A stretch of DNA of 64,000 bases from an uncultured Methanomicrobiales archaeon (GCA_963697895.1 OY969100.1:1472001-1536000), one strand, 5' to 3'. Positions 1 to 11,049 are shown, counted from the first letter of the stretch. Made by a program: numbers and translations. The notes: generated by a model from the letters alone, not told the origin.

Positions 1-833
1 GTCTCTTGCTGAATATCAGGAGGGGAAGGGCCGCGCCCAGCGCAATTACAGAGAGCGGGAGATACGGTGCCGATAAGATTTGGGCAGAGATGATCTGCAA
101 AATAATAAGGCCGATAACCAGAAGAAGTGAGATCTTCGATAGTCTTGCAAGCGCGGGATCCCTGACCGGCTCTCCATAATATAGCGTAAATCTTTTCTGA
201 AATTCCTCTTTAAAGAAAAATTTCAGGAGAACATAAATGAGAAGAAGATTGATCAACGTCGGGATCCCCAGGTAAATGAGAAAAGTAGGAAAAGGATCGG
301 CCAATCCGCTATTGACGGTGACCAGCAGGTTCTGAGGGTTTCCAATCGGACTCAGAACGCTTCCGGTCGTGATTGCAAAGCAGAGGCAGAGGAGAAGGAG
401 CTGGGGCGATATTGAGCACTTTCGCGACAAGTACAAAGCGAGGGGAGTACCGATTATTGCGAGGGTATCATTCATCAGAACCGCGGATAAGAGAGCGAAT
501 GAAAAGACCAGAAAAAGAATGAGCTGATCGACATTTCCAGCCCGTCTGACTAATCGATGGGAGATTGTGTACAGGTAGCCACTCTGGTATAGGGCCTCCC
601 CGAGAACAAACATTCCAAAGAGAAAGACCATCACGTCGATATTAATTGCAGCCAGCGCAGCCGTAAGAGAGATCTGCCCGGTAGCCATAACAGCGATCGC
701 TCCTGCAAGCATGATCTGCCAGATACGGACTCTGAACTGTCCAACCTGACGTATCGCGATCAGGACAAAAACAATGGCAAGGATGACAACGGACAGATAC
801 GTAAATTGGTGTTAGGTCTGATGATTGCATCAA
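1..833 (-). CDS. ArsB/NhaD/SLC13-type anion transporter, 5' part (runs off window; apparent +1 frameshift near 791)
   Basis: Minus-strand translation gives MMQSSDLTPIYVSV, then after removing one base VVILAIVFVLIAIRQVGQFRVRIWQIMLAGAIA...INIDVMVFLFGMF. Further on are MNDTLAIIGTP and GSVLSPIGNPQNLL, typical ArsB/NhaD permease motifs. Confidence 0.8.
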
Positions 834-957
834 TATTGTCTAAAGCCCTCATAACTGATTCGTGTATAATTCCTTTCTCCGGGATTAAGCCCTAGCACGC
901 GACGAATAGTGAATTTTAGCCGGGAAAAGGGGAAATACCCAGACACCGCAGATTTTT

Positions 958-1644
958 CTACCGATGAGGGTTTGTCACATGCCATCGGAGAAGAATCCCA
1001 TTGTCCAGAGGTCTCGCCTCCGCGAGGGTCAATCGGATAAAGGAATCCTCCTCGACGAACCCTAACCCGTCGGCGAGTGTCGGAGCATCTTTTCCGCCAA
1101 TAATCATGTTTCCCATAAAACAGGAGATCTCATCGACCAGACCCGCGTTAAAGAACGACCAGATGAGGGAGCCGCCACCCTCGACCATGATCTTTTTCGC
1201 TCCCAGTGAGGCGAGCTCATCAACAAGGACGGCGAGATCTACCGTATCCCCGCAGGTCCGGATAATTGTCGCAAAGGATTCGAGTGCCTGGGCCTTTTGG
1301 TATTCCGCCTTTTGACTGCATGCGACCACTCGTCTACCCTTCCCCTTATGAAGGATTGCGGAATCAAGGGGAATCCGCAGACGGCTGTCGACAACTACCC
1401 GGATAGGGTGTTCTTCCTTTCCCTGCGAGATGCGCCGTTCGCGAAGATCGGGAGATTTTATGGTAAGCGACGGGTCGTCAGCAAGAACGGTGCCGATGCC
1501 GACCACGATCGCATCGCTGTCGGCTTTGCATTGGTCAACCCTTTTCAAATCTTCCTGCCCCGAGATCCTGACCTGCCGGCGTTCACGCGTAGAGAGTTTC
1601 CCGTCTGCACTCATCGCGACATTGATAAAAACAAAGGGACGCAT
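958..1644 (-). CDS. arfC: 2,5-diamino-6-ribosylamino-4(3H)-pyrimidinone 5'-phosphate reductase (RibD C-terminal type)
   Basis: AMSADGKL, VGIGTVLADDPSLT, VEGGG and GGKDAPT motifs of the archaeal riboflavin reductase. Confidence 0.92.
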   Translation of the reverse strand: MRPFVFINVAMSADGKLSTRERRQVRISGQEDLKRVDQCKADSDAIVVGIGTVLADDPSLTIKSPDLRERRISQGKEEHPIRVVVDSRLRIPLDSAILHKGKGRRVVACSQKAEYQKAQALESFATIIRTCGDTVDLAVLVDELASLGAKKIMVEGGGSLIWSFFNAGLVDEISCFMGNMIIGGKDAPTLADGLGFVEEDSFIRLTLAEARPLDNGILLRWHVTNPHR

Positions 1645-1864
1645 GGTAATACGATCTGAACCGAAATTATTAGAGGGTTATGGAGTGGTGCCGGTTCCGA
1701 TCTGGAGACCGCCGTTATGAGAAACCGGATTGCATGTCTTTTCACCCGCTACATCTTGTGCATTTTCAGATCCCGTACTCAAAAATAAATTCCATTTGGA
1801 TATCACATACGGGGGAAATCGGCATCGAGGTTAAAATTTGGTATTCAACTGCCTTTTATGTATG

Positions 1865-2299
1865 TCACTCATCCGATAACAGACCCTGCTCTGTTCCCCA
1901 ATGCGGATTTTTCAGTGCGCTGCACCGTGGGAAATGAGTCTCTCCCCAAACCCATGGCTGGTAGAACCCGCACATATCCGGTTTTGTAGTATGGATCGCA
2001 CAATTATATCTGTTCCTTGCCGAACGTCTTAAAAACGGGCAAACGGGCGGGCATTCTCCGGTCGCCGGGTCCCTGAGTTCAACAGATATCAGTTCTCCGA
2101 GATCCTCCGGGTTCAGATCGGCACAATTCACCCAAACCCCATCGTCCCCGCAGCCTGAGAAATGCCTGAGTATATCCACTCTCCCGCTCTCCATCCAATG
2201 AAAGAGGTTCTCGATCGTAGGGGAGATGGAACACCCCCAAATCCTGCAGCACAGGCCGCATTGCCTGCACCGATCCCCGCTATATTCTCCATTTTCCAT
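1865..2299 (-). CDS. YkgJ-family cysteine cluster protein
   Basis: CxxCGxCC, CPFL, CAIHxxKPxxCxxY signature. Confidence 0.85.
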   Translation of the reverse strand: MENGEYSGDRCRQCGLCCRIWGCSISPTIENLFHWMESGRVDILRHFSGCGDDGVWVNCADLNPEDLGELISVELRDPATGECPPVCPFLRRSARNRYNCAIHTTKPDMCGFYQPWVWGETHFPRCSALKNPHWGTEQGLLSDE

Positions 2300-2497
2300 A
2301 TACCGTTCCTCATTTTATCTGATGCCCGACAACGCTCTTCCCAACCAGACTCCGGATCTGACTGTCCGCGATAAAGATCTTCAATAGAACCAGGATATCC
2401 TTTCTTCTGAAATGGAAAGACCAAATCAGGAACATTATCCCATGATCTATATTGATAAGATAACCATGAATAGATTATAAGTATCCGGAGCTGAACA

Positions 2498-3841
2498 ATG
2501 AGGCGGGATATGGATCACTTGCTCAATAATTCGCGGATCAGAATGGTCCCAATCACCGTATTCTCAATTGTATTTTGTTTAATTTTCATAGGATTGTGCA
2601 TAAGTCCCGTTATGGCAGGGGAGAAGTTCATCAGCGGGTATCCGAACCTGTCGGCAACCATCATCGGCCCGAATGAATTCTCTCCGGGAGATTCCATTAC
2701 GCTCCCCGTCCTGGTCCAGAACAGCGGGGTGATCCAATATGAATTTTCCAATCCATATATACTCAACCGTTCGGATCTTCCCAATACGGCAAAATTTGTG
2801 GTGGTTTCTCTCGGGCCCGGAGATGCCCCCGTCTCTATCCGATCAGATCCCCAGACCATAGGGAATATCCTTGGGGGTGGCAGTATGCCGGTCCAGTTCA
2901 ACGTGAAGATAGCCCCCGATGCTCCTTCCGGGACCTATAATCTCCCGATAAATATTCAATATACCTACCTGTGGAACGTGGATCAATACGGACTGGACAC
3001 GCTGCAATATTTCTATAAGGATACTTCAGTGCAACTGGCTCTTCCGATCCGCATAAAACCTGAAGTGCTGCTTGCCGTGAATTCGGTGGAACCGGAACAT
3101 GTCAACGTAGGCACAACCGGATACCTGAACCTGACGATCACGAATATCGGGAATGATGACGGGAGCAATGCGGTCGTAAAACTGACCCAGAACGGTAATA
3201 GTCCCGTACAACCGGTCGCGAGCAGTGTTTATATCGGTGATTTCCCGAAAAATTCTCCTGTTTCCCTTCAGTATAAGGTTGCGGTCTCAAATGACGCTGA
3301 AGCGCTGAACTACCCGGTTAATCTGACAGTGATCTATCAAAACCAGGACGGGGATACCGTCACAACGGACCCGGTTACCATCGGCGTCCCGGTTGGCGGC
3401 AAGATCGGGTTCTCTGTCGTATCACCCCCACCGGAGTTCAATCCCGGGTCCCAGAAGACCATGGATGTGACTTATCAGAATACCGGGTCGGCACCCGCAT
3501 ATGGAGCAGAAGCCCGTATTATTACGGTGGATCCGTTTACGACCAATGATGATACGTCGTATCTTGGCGACATGGCACCCGGGGAAACAAAAACCGCCCG
3601 TTTCGAGATAACGGTCGGTTCGAGCGCAACGATAAAGGAGTACGCCCTTGATTCTGAGATCAAATTCCGGGACGCACTCGATAATGACCAGATATCGGAC
3701 CGTATCAAAGTACCGGTAGAGGTTGTCGGAATATCAGGGATCGGCTGGCTCCTTAGTCCGTATGGCATCCTCATTATTGCCCTGATCGTCATTGCAATAG
3801 TCTATTTTGGAGTGATCCGAAGAAGGAAGCGGTCGACGTGA
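2498..3841 (+). CDS. COG1361 S-layer-domain family protein
   Basis: Signal peptide, repeated Ig-like segments (PGDSITLPVLVQNSG; YLGDMAPGETKTARF), C-terminal TM plus basic tail; precedes ABC transporter genes. Confidence 0.8.
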   Translation: MRRDMDHLLNNSRIRMVPITVFSIVFCLIFIGLCISPVMAGEKFISGYPNLSATIIGPNEFSPGDSITLPVLVQNSGVIQYEFSNPYILNRSDLPNTAKFVVVSLGPGDAPVSIRSDPQTIGNILGGGSMPVQFNVKIAPDAPSGTYNLPINIQYTYLWNVDQYGLDTLQYFYKDTSVQLALPIRIKPEVLLAVNSVEPEHVNVGTTGYLNLTITNIGNDDGSNAVVKLTQNGNSPVQPVASSVYIGDFPKNSPVSLQYKVAVSNDAEALNYPVNLTVIYQNQDGDTVTTDPVTIGVPVGGKIGFSVVSPPPEFNPGSQKTMDVTYQNTGSAPAYGAEARIITVDPFTTNDDTSYLGDMAPGETKTARFEITVGSSATIKEYALDSEIKFRDALDNDQISDRIKVPVEVVGISGIGWLLSPYGILIIALIVIAIVYFGVIRRRKRST

Positions 3842-3931
3842 TCCCAGGGATCCGTGTGGATGAGGGGTTTCCAGGGGCAGCATTGCAACTACTTCTCCTG
3901 GAATTTCGTAAGTTGTGAAAGGACCTGATGC

Positions 3932-5014
3932 ATGAACCAGAACAATCTTTTGGGGAATTCGATTCCTGTGGCGCCACCGGATGTCCCTGGAATACGGGAT
4001 ATAATTCCCGTTTCACCGGTGAGTGGTGACGATATCATCAGGATCGAACACGTATCAAAAATATTCAGAAACCAGAAAACAGTTGTTGCCGTTGACGATG
4101 TCTCGTTCAATGTAAAACGGGGAGAAATATTTGGCCTTCTCGGACCGAACGGAGCGGGAAAGAGTACTCTGATTCGTATTCTCACTACATTGATGAAACC
4201 TACGACCGGGACGGCCTGGCTGGACACGTATGAAGTAACAAGGGACGAAGAAAAGGTCAGGGCGATCATAGGGGTCTGTCCCCAGAACAGCACGCTCGAT
4301 ATCGAGCTCACCGCGTATGATAACCTTTCTTTTTATGGAAAACTGGTCAACGTCGATGACGAACACCTGGATGCCCGGATATGGACTCTCCTCAAGATGT
4401 CCGGGCTCACCGACCGTGCCAACTCCAAAGTCGCAACCTTTTCGGGAGGTATGAAGCGAAAACTGGAGATTGTGCGGGCATTCATCCATCATCCGCTCAT
4501 CCTGTTTCTCGACGAACCGACCATCGGGCTCGACCCGGAATCGAGACACGAAGTCTGGGGACAGATTTCATTGTTGAACACGGAGAAGACAACGATCATC
4601 CTTACGACTCACTACATGGATGAGGCAGAAAGGCTCTGTCAGCGCATTGCCTTTATGGATCAGGGACGCCTTTTGGCTCTGGATACTCCGCAAAATCTCA
4701 AGCGCTCGATGCCGGCAGGGGAATTGATCGAAATCGGTGTTGAGAACTACAATGCCGCAGTCGTTCCTGTGATTAAATCGCATGCTCAGGTCATTTCCGT
4801 CGAAATGAAAGAGGGAAAAGTGCTTATCTCCGCAAAAAATGGAAGCAGCCTTCTCCCAGCAGTGATTGCGGATCTCCAAAAATTCGGCATCGGTATCACC
4901 ACTATCTCGATAAGATCCCCCTCATTGGAGGATGTATTCCTTTCTGTCACCGGAAAGCACCTTGAGCATCAGGGAACGGACGAGCAGGTCGCTCGGGGGA
5001 GAGGATCGAGGTGA
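3932..5014 (+). CDS. ABC-2 type transporter ATP-binding protein (DrrA-like)
   Basis: Walker A GPNGAGKST, FSGGMKRKL signature, Walker B LFLDEPT. Confidence 0.95.
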   Translation: MNQNNLLGNSIPVAPPDVPGIRDIIPVSPVSGDDIIRIEHVSKIFRNQKTVVAVDDVSFNVKRGEIFGLLGPNGAGKSTLIRILTTLMKPTTGTAWLDTYEVTRDEEKVRAIIGVCPQNSTLDIELTAYDNLSFYGKLVNVDDEHLDARIWTLLKMSGLTDRANSKVATFSGGMKRKLEIVRAFIHHPLILFLDEPTIGLDPESRHEVWGQISLLNTEKTTIILTTHYMDEAERLCQRIAFMDQGRLLALDTPQNLKRSMPAGELIEIGVENYNAAVVPVIKSHAQVISVEMKEGKVLISAKNGSSLLPAVIADLQKFGIGITTISIRSPSLEDVFLSVTGKHLEHQGTDEQVARGRGSR

Positions 5015-6099
5015 TCCGGGGAGCAATCGCTATATTCCAGCGGGATTTCAAAAAATTTCTCAGTAACCCGTTTGTCCTCTTCCTTACACTGATGATCCCC
5101 ATCATGTATCTTTTGATCTTTGGGAACGCAATAGGGGGGACTATCACGGGGATACCGATCGGTGTCGTCCAGGAGCAACCGTACGTGACAGAAACGCCCC
5201 TGTACACAGCAGCCGTCGATAACCTTGAAAATATTCATCAGTCCGATAAACCCGGCCTTTTTCTTGTGACTCGCTATACCGATGAAAAAATAGCACAGGA
5301 CGCGCTGTCAGCGGGAAAAATTTATGCGGTTGTGGTGTTTCCCTCGAACATATCCCCGGGTCGCGAGATCGGTTTGTTTGTCGACAGTTCGGAATTTACG
5401 ATCCCATCCCTGATTGAGTCAGGGGTAACCAGTTCCATCATACAAACAGGGGCACAAAACCCCATAAATACCGTTAATATATATGGGACGATTGAATATC
5501 TGCAGTTCTTCGGGGTCGGGGTCATCGTCCTGGCAATATTCAGCACTACCTTGTTCGGGGGTGGACTCGCCCTGATCCGTGACCGCGAGATGGGAATCAT
5601 AGAGGGATACCTCGTTACACCGGTGAAGCGGTCAAGTATCATTCTCGGGACAATCGGAAGCGGAACGGTTAAAGCATTCTTCGCCGGGTTTGTTATCTTC
5701 CTTGTTGATATCTTTGTAGCAGGAGTTATCGTAAGAACTGTCCAGGATTTCTTCCTGGTCCTTCTGGTAATATTTATTACCAGTATCGGGGTCACCAGCC
5801 TTGTGGTCTCGATCGCTTCCCGTTTTTCAAACCAGCAGGAATTCGCGTCTACCGTCGCATTTCTCAACCTCCTCCTGTTCATGACAAGCGGGGTTTTTTA
5901 CCCGATCATCGGAATGCCGGAGTGGCTCCGGTGGATTACGGTGATAAACCCTGAAGCATATGCGATTCACGCGTTAAGGAGCATCACATTGAGAAACCAG
6001 GGTCTGAGTGTCATATGGTTTGACATCGTCGCAATCCTCATCTTCTCGGTAACGATGATTGCTCTCGGGATAATCACGTACCGAAGGACGCTTGAATAA
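5011..6099 (+). CDS. ABC-2 type transporter permease
   Basis: Multi-TM protein, DREMG..EGYLVTPV and SGVFYP..GMPEWL..INP motifs; 4-bp overlap with the ATPase gene. Confidence 0.92.
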   Translation: MIRGAIAIFQRDFKKFLSNPFVLFLTLMIPIMYLLIFGNAIGGTITGIPIGVVQEQPYVTETPLYTAAVDNLENIHQSDKPGLFLVTRYTDEKIAQDALSAGKIYAVVVFPSNISPGREIGLFVDSSEFTIPSLIESGVTSSIIQTGAQNPINTVNIYGTIEYLQFFGVGVIVLAIFSTTLFGGGLALIRDREMGIIEGYLVTPVKRSSIILGTIGSGTVKAFFAGFVIFLVDIFVAGVIVRTVQDFFLVLLVIFITSIGVTSLVVSIASRFSNQQEFASTVAFLNLLLFMTSGVFYPIIGMPEWLRWITVINPEAYAIHALRSITLRNQGLSVIWFDIVAILIFSVTMIALGIITYRRTLE

Positions 6100-6358
6100 T
6101 TTTTCCGGCACGCTTCAAAGCGGTGCGGCTATCCATCATTCGCTGGACTCACCGATCTTTTTTCGTCTCATATTTAACTAATAAATGAATATGCCGACTG
6201 CAGTCCATATCGGACTGAATAGAATCGCATACTGACGGGGTTATGCGAGCAAGAGGCTGCATGAAGCGATCTCGAAATCAGTTCAGAACAACGGGGCTGC
6301 TTGAAATTATAATTTTACAAATAGAGAGGGAAAGTTTTCCGGTTTCCCCTCATTTCAA

Positions 6359-6432
6359 TGCCTCAGCCCGGATTTGAACCGGGGACAACCAGATCTTCAG
6401 TCTGGCGCTCTCCCAAACTGAGCTACTAAGGC
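6359..6432 (-). tRNA. tRNA-Phe (GAA)
   Basis: Reverse complement GCCTTAGTAGCTCAGTTTGGGAGAGCGCCAGACTGAAGATCTGGTTGTCCCCGGTTCAAATCCGGGCTGAGGCA folds as a cloverleaf with GAA anticodon. Confidence 0.97.
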
Positions 6433-6523
6433 AGGATACCAGTATAGGATTTTTAGCATAATAAATGATCTGGTTTTGAAAAGAAAGCCCATATTTTTAT
6501 GCTCCGCGGTGGATTCTTTGAGG

Positions 6524-7492
6524 ATGGCGCCAGTACCCGCCCGCCTCAGGGAAGAGGCGGAGACGCTTACCCGATCATTATACGCACGAACCGCCCATGT
6601 CGTCCATCTGACTCACAATGACCTGGATGCAGTCGGTTCAGACGCCATTCACCGGATGAAATTCGGGGACGTCTTAACCCTGTGGAGCTCGGTCGGAAAA
6701 TACCCCTATTATCTTGATCAGATCGCGGGAGTACCGGGGAACGGTGACCTGATTAGCATAAGTGACCTCGGATTCCAGAAGGGTGCAGAACAACCCCTTC
6801 GCCGCGCGAAAAAGAATGGATGGAGGCTGGAATGGCGGGATCACCACCGGTGGCAGGATGATGAGATAGGTCTGGTCACCGGTCTGGCCAACCTGCTGCA
6901 CGTGGATGTCACCACCTGTGCCTGCGGCATCTGCGTCCGCGATCTCCAGCCTGATAACCCGGTTGCGGGTGAGGTTGCACGGGTTGTCTGCGACTATGAC
7001 CTCTGGCTGAATCGTGACCCCCGGGCTGCCGTTCTCGGTCAGGTTCTTCAGCGAAAGAAAAATCGTGAGCACGTCAGGGACTGTCTGATTGACGGGATCT
7101 TTTCTGATGATTTTATCGAGTGCGAATACCGGGACATACGGGAAGAGATGAATGCAATGATGGAAAAAAGTCTCCGGCATGCAGTGATCCGGAAAGGGAA
7201 GTACCGGATTGTATTTGCACCCCTCTACGGGTACCCCAGTGAGACTGCTGCATACATCAGAGAGAGGGAGGGGTCCGAAATCGAGGTGATCATATCCCCA
7301 GGAGGGCGGTTTTCACTCCGTTCCGTGCCCCCGATTAGTCATATCATCGCACGCGAGTTCCAGGGTGGAGGCCACCCCCACGCCGCGGGAGGGACTTTTC
7401 CCTTCTCGTTCTGGGACCGGCTCGCATTCCTGCTCTTCCGTAGGTCACGCTATTTCGATCACTTCGTATCAGTGGCTGAATCAAGCGTATAA
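6524..7492 (+). CDS. DHH/DHHA1 family phosphoesterase
   Basis: THNDLDAVG, WRDHH and GGGHPHAAG motifs; ATG at 6524 preferred over TTG at 6476. Confidence 0.9.
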   Translation: MAPVPARLREEAETLTRSLYARTAHVVHLTHNDLDAVGSDAIHRMKFGDVLTLWSSVGKYPYYLDQIAGVPGNGDLISISDLGFQKGAEQPLRRAKKNGWRLEWRDHHRWQDDEIGLVTGLANLLHVDVTTCACGICVRDLQPDNPVAGEVARVVCDYDLWLNRDPRAAVLGQVLQRKKNREHVRDCLIDGIFSDDFIECEYRDIREEMNAMMEKSLRHAVIRKGKYRIVFAPLYGYPSETAAYIREREGSEIEVIISPGGRFSLRSVPPISHIIAREFQGGGHPHAAGGTFPFSFWDRLAFLLFRRSRYFDHFVSVAESSV

Positions 7493-8271
7493 ACGGCTGA
7501 ATCTGCCACACTTTCCCAGTATTCCTGGCATCGGGATCTGCAGAAACCGCCGGCGTACACATGCTCCGGATCGAAATGCATGAGCACTGACCGTAATGCA
7601 TTTTCCTCCGGATCCACAAGAATAATATCTTTCACGATATATTCATCCATCAGGTCGATCACCAGTTTGAGCTTTTCTGGCTTAACCGCTATGGATTGAT
7701 GATGCTCGAGCAAATCCGCGAGATCAGATGCCCCAGGGCTTTCCTGAAAGAATATAAACTTCTGTCCCGTGAACATCTCCAGTTCAATGGGTTCCATGTG
7801 GTCACAGAGCAGGACGTGTCCCTTTACCCCCCTATCCCGCATAGACCGCATCATCCGAAGGAACTCACTTATAATCGCTCTCCGGGCTTCTTCTTCGTCA
7901 CCAAAGTAAGCATCCGTCAGCGTGAGCGTGTGTGGGGCGGGAATTGAAAACCACAGGTCTCCTTTCTTTCGAATTAAACCTTCAGCGTCATCACTGATCC
8001 GCAAAGGATCCCCCTCCAGCTCCCCGGTAATCACCCCCTCCTCTGTACCCCGAAGGCTTTCGAGGACGCGGTCCCGGTAAAACATTCCACCGGCACAGGG
8101 GATATCGATCCCTGCCTCAATCTGAGGTCCGAGTGATTGTTCCAGCATGAATGTCATTAAATCTCCCGCCCGTGGTTTTTGCTCCGATACCCATTCTGCC
8201 AGGGTCACGAGATCGGGGAATTCCACCTCAGAACCGAGCGATCTGGTCCGGAACTGCAGTTTTTTACCCAT
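7459..8271 (-). CDS. Hypothetical protein, possibly a degenerate cobalamin-independent methionine synthase (MetE)-like barrel
   Basis: Long ORF divergent from metG; the start at 8271 or 8277 avoids overlapping metG; only weak MetE-like segments. Confidence 0.65.
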   Translation of the reverse strand: MGKKLQFRTRSLGSEVEFPDLVTLAEWVSEQKPRAGDLMTFMLEQSLGPQIEAGIDIPCAGGMFYRDRVLESLRGTEEGVITGELEGDPLRISDDAEGLIRKKGDLWFSIPAPHTLTLTDAYFGDEEEARRAIISEFLRMMRSMRDRGVKGHVLLCDHMEPIELEMFTGQKFIFFQESPGASDLADLLEHHQSIAVKPEKLKLVIDLMDEYIVKDIILVDPEENALRSVLMHFDPEHVYAGGFCRSRCQEYWESVADSAVYTLDSATDTK

Positions 8272-8313
8272 ATTCATCACGTTATTTATACCAGCCCGGC
8301 TAAAATCATATTG

Positions 8314-10305
8314 ATGCCGGATGCACCCATACTGATAACCTGCGGGTTGCCGTATACCAACGGACCTTGTCACATCGGCCATCTCAGGACTTATGTCCCG
8401 GCCGATTTTTATGTCAGGTACCTGAGACATAAAGGGGAACAGGTGTTATTTATCTGTGGGTCTGACAACCACGGGACACCGGTAGTCGTAGGCGCCGAAC
8501 AGGCCGGCGTTTCTCCGCGGGAATTCTGCGAACGGTTTCACAAGCATTTCTATGACACATTCCGGCGAGTGCATATTCATTTTGATCATTTCGGGATGAC
8601 AGACAACCCGACCAACCACAAACGGACCAGATCTATGGTCAGTACGCTCATCAAGAACGGATATGTGTATTCCCAGATTGTTCAGCAGAGCTACTGTACC
8701 CGATGTGCACGCTTTCTCCCCGATCGCTATGTCGAGGGAATATGCCCGTATTGCGGGGTTCCTGCACGGGGGGATGAGTGTGACCAGGGGTGCGGAAGGC
8801 ACCTGGAACCCGGAGAAGTGCTTGAGCCCACATGCGGAATATGCGGGGGTGCAGCGGAAAACAGGGAGCAGGAGCACTATTTCTTTAAATTAAGTGAATT
8901 TAAAGAATTTCTCCTCGCATATCTCGAAACCCTGGGGGGGACAATCAACGCTCGGAATTATGCGATTGGCTGGGTTAAGGATGAACTTCGTGACTGGTGC
9001 ATAACCCGGACTCTTGAATGGGGGGTGAAATTTCCCGGGCGTGATGACCTGGTCGTGTACGTGTGGGTGGATGCACCGATCGGGTATATCTCCTTTACCG
9101 AGGAATGGGGGAAAATGACCGGAAATGACTGGAGATCATACTGGTGTAACGATACGAACGTCACCCATTTCATCGGCGGGGATATCATCTACCATCATTG
9201 CATTTTCTGGCCCGCTTTGCTGAAGGCGGCAGGATATGGAACGCCGCATGCGGTCGTTGCAAGTGGTATGGTAAAGGTAGACGACCATAAGTTCTCAAAA
9301 TCGAGAGGATATGTGGTATGGGCAAATGACGATTACCTGGACCAGGGGTTACCTGCTGATTATCTCCGCTATTATCTCCTTTCTTACACAAATCATACAA
9401 AAGAGCTGAACTTTTCGTGGAAGATATTCCAGGAGAGGGTAAATAACGAGCTCGTCAATACGCTCGGCAATTTCATTTACCGTACCTTATATTTTGCTCA
9501 CAAAGAATTCGGGGGGATACCGGAGGGAGAGACTGCCGGGGAGATCCAGGATCAGGTAACGGAAACACTCCGCCTTATCGAAGATGCGGTGAAGGTGTAC
9601 GAATTCAAGACTGCCATTGATACGATGATGGCCCTTGCTGCATCCGGGAATACCTATATACAGATGAATGCACCGTGGAAGCTGGTTAAATCTGATCCCG
9701 ATAAAGCAAAACGTGTAATCAGGAACTGTCTTGCCATTGTACAAGCACTCACCCTCATCATCGAACCGGTGATGCCGGAAAAAAGCCAGATTATCTGGGA
9801 GATGCTCGGTCATACTGACCAGATAGGAGAGCACCTGCTCAAAGAATCCCTCGACCCACTTCCCGCAGGGCCCCTGCCGGTGCCGCGACCGGTCTTCGAA
9901 AAGATGGATGATACCCGGATCGATGAACTGGACCGGTTGCTCATGAAACGTGTGGAGTCAGCTTCACGAACGGTGGTCAAACCGCAGGAGATCGTTTCGA
10001 TCGATGAATTCTGTCGTATGGATATCAGGATAGGAAAGATTGTGCAAGCCGAACCGGTGCCGAAATCCAAAAAACTACTCAGGCTCATTGTGGATATCGG
10101 AACCGAAAAAAGACAGATTGTCGCCGGTATTGCGATGTTTTACGATCCCGGGGAAATTGTCGGGCAGGAAGTTGCGGTCCTGGTGAATCTCGCCCCTGCG
10201 ACCATCTTCGGGGTGGAAAGTAATGGCATGATCCTTGCTGCCGGTGACACCGCCTCGCTTCTCGTACCCGTGCGGGGAGTTGAGCCCGGAACCAGGATCC
10301 GTTAG
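8314..10305 (+). CDS. metG: Methionine--tRNA ligase
   Basis: LPYTNGPCHIGH, Zn knuckles, KFSKS and a C-terminal tRNA-binding OB domain; start MPDAPILIT at 8314. Confidence 0.98.
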   Translation: MPDAPILITCGLPYTNGPCHIGHLRTYVPADFYVRYLRHKGEQVLFICGSDNHGTPVVVGAEQAGVSPREFCERFHKHFYDTFRRVHIHFDHFGMTDNPTNHKRTRSMVSTLIKNGYVYSQIVQQSYCTRCARFLPDRYVEGICPYCGVPARGDECDQGCGRHLEPGEVLEPTCGICGGAAENREQEHYFFKLSEFKEFLLAYLETLGGTINARNYAIGWVKDELRDWCITRTLEWGVKFPGRDDLVVYVWVDAPIGYISFTEEWGKMTGNDWRSYWCNDTNVTHFIGGDIIYHHCIFWPALLKAAGYGTPHAVVASGMVKVDDHKFSKSRGYVVWANDDYLDQGLPADYLRYYLLSYTNHTKELNFSWKIFQERVNNELVNTLGNFIYRTLYFAHKEFGGIPEGETAGEIQDQVTETLRLIEDAVKVYEFKTAIDTMMALAASGNTYIQMNAPWKLVKSDPDKAKRVIRNCLAIVQALTLIIEPVMPEKSQIIWEMLGHTDQIGEHLLKESLDPLPAGPLPVPRPVFEKMDDTRIDELDRLLMKRVESASRTVVKPQEIVSIDEFCRMDIRIGKIVQAEPVPKSKKLLRLIVDIGTEKRQIVAGIAMFYDPGEIVGQEVAVLVNLAPATIFGVESNGMILAAGDTASLLVPVRGVEPGTRIR

Positions 10306-10411
10306 GATTCTTCGGAGGGGTCTATTTTCGTGGAAGAAAACAGAGAGAGCCCGGAATCCCGGCCTGGTTCACCGGTCTCATTCTCGGGCTATTCCCTTTC
10401 CCGCGCATTTC

Positions 10412-10990
10412 TTATGGCTGCCATGACCTTGGGAGATCTCTCCCGGATCTCTGCTTCTTCAATGCTTTTTTCGCGAAATCACCTCCAATCGCTCCGAGAG
10501 ACTCGGCCGCCACCTTTCTCACAAATTCATTTTCGTCCTTCAGTGATCTGATGAGGGGCTCCACGGCTTCCATCGCACGCAATTTTCCGAGTGATTTTGC
10601 TGCCATGTAGCGTACATGGTCTTTTTCGTCACCTAACAATAGAATGAGGGCGGATATGGAGTCCGTTTCAGGGATCATGCCCAAGGCCTCTGCCGCACGG
10701 TATCTGACCCTCCAGTCTGCATGGTTGTTCAGCATCGTGAGACGGGGAACGGCTGGTTTACCGAGCTCTCCGAGCGCTTTTGCAGCCTGTGCACGGACGC
10801 CCTTATCCCTATCGGAGAGCGCCTTCACGAGTATGTCAATATTATTCGGATCCTGTTCTGATCCAAGAAGCAAAACAGAATATCTCCGTATATGGGGGTC
10901 CGGACTATTCAGGACGGCATAGGTCAGACCTTCATTTCCCTGTTCAAGGGAATCCACAGATTTGTAATCAGCCATTATTCCCAACTTCAA
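10412..10990 (-). CDS. HEAT-repeat (PBS lyase-like) protein; probable frameshift near 10467 alters the C-terminus
   Basis: Repeated VRxxAAxALG motifs; the alternative frame reads IEEAEIRERSPKVMAAIRNARERE*. Confidence 0.85.
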   Translation of the reverse strand: MKLGIMADYKSVDSLEQGNEGLTYAVLNSPDPHIRRYSVLLLGSEQDPNNIDILVKALSDRDKGVRAQAAKALGELGKPAVPRLTMLNNHADWRVRYRAAEALGMIPETDSISALILLLGDEKDHVRYMAAKSLGKLRAMEAVEPLIRSLKDENEFVRKVAAESLGAIGGDFAKKALKKQRSGRDLPRSWQP

Positions 10991-11049
10991 ATGCAGGTTT
11001 CTCCTCTGTCTCTTTTATACTCTCCTCACAATCCTGTTGCTGATGAGAA

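Noticed and set aside
6329-6340. GGAA...TTCC as an NrpR operator (also ~40890)
   Set aside because: Spacing is N4 or N9, not the GGAA-N6-TTCC consensus
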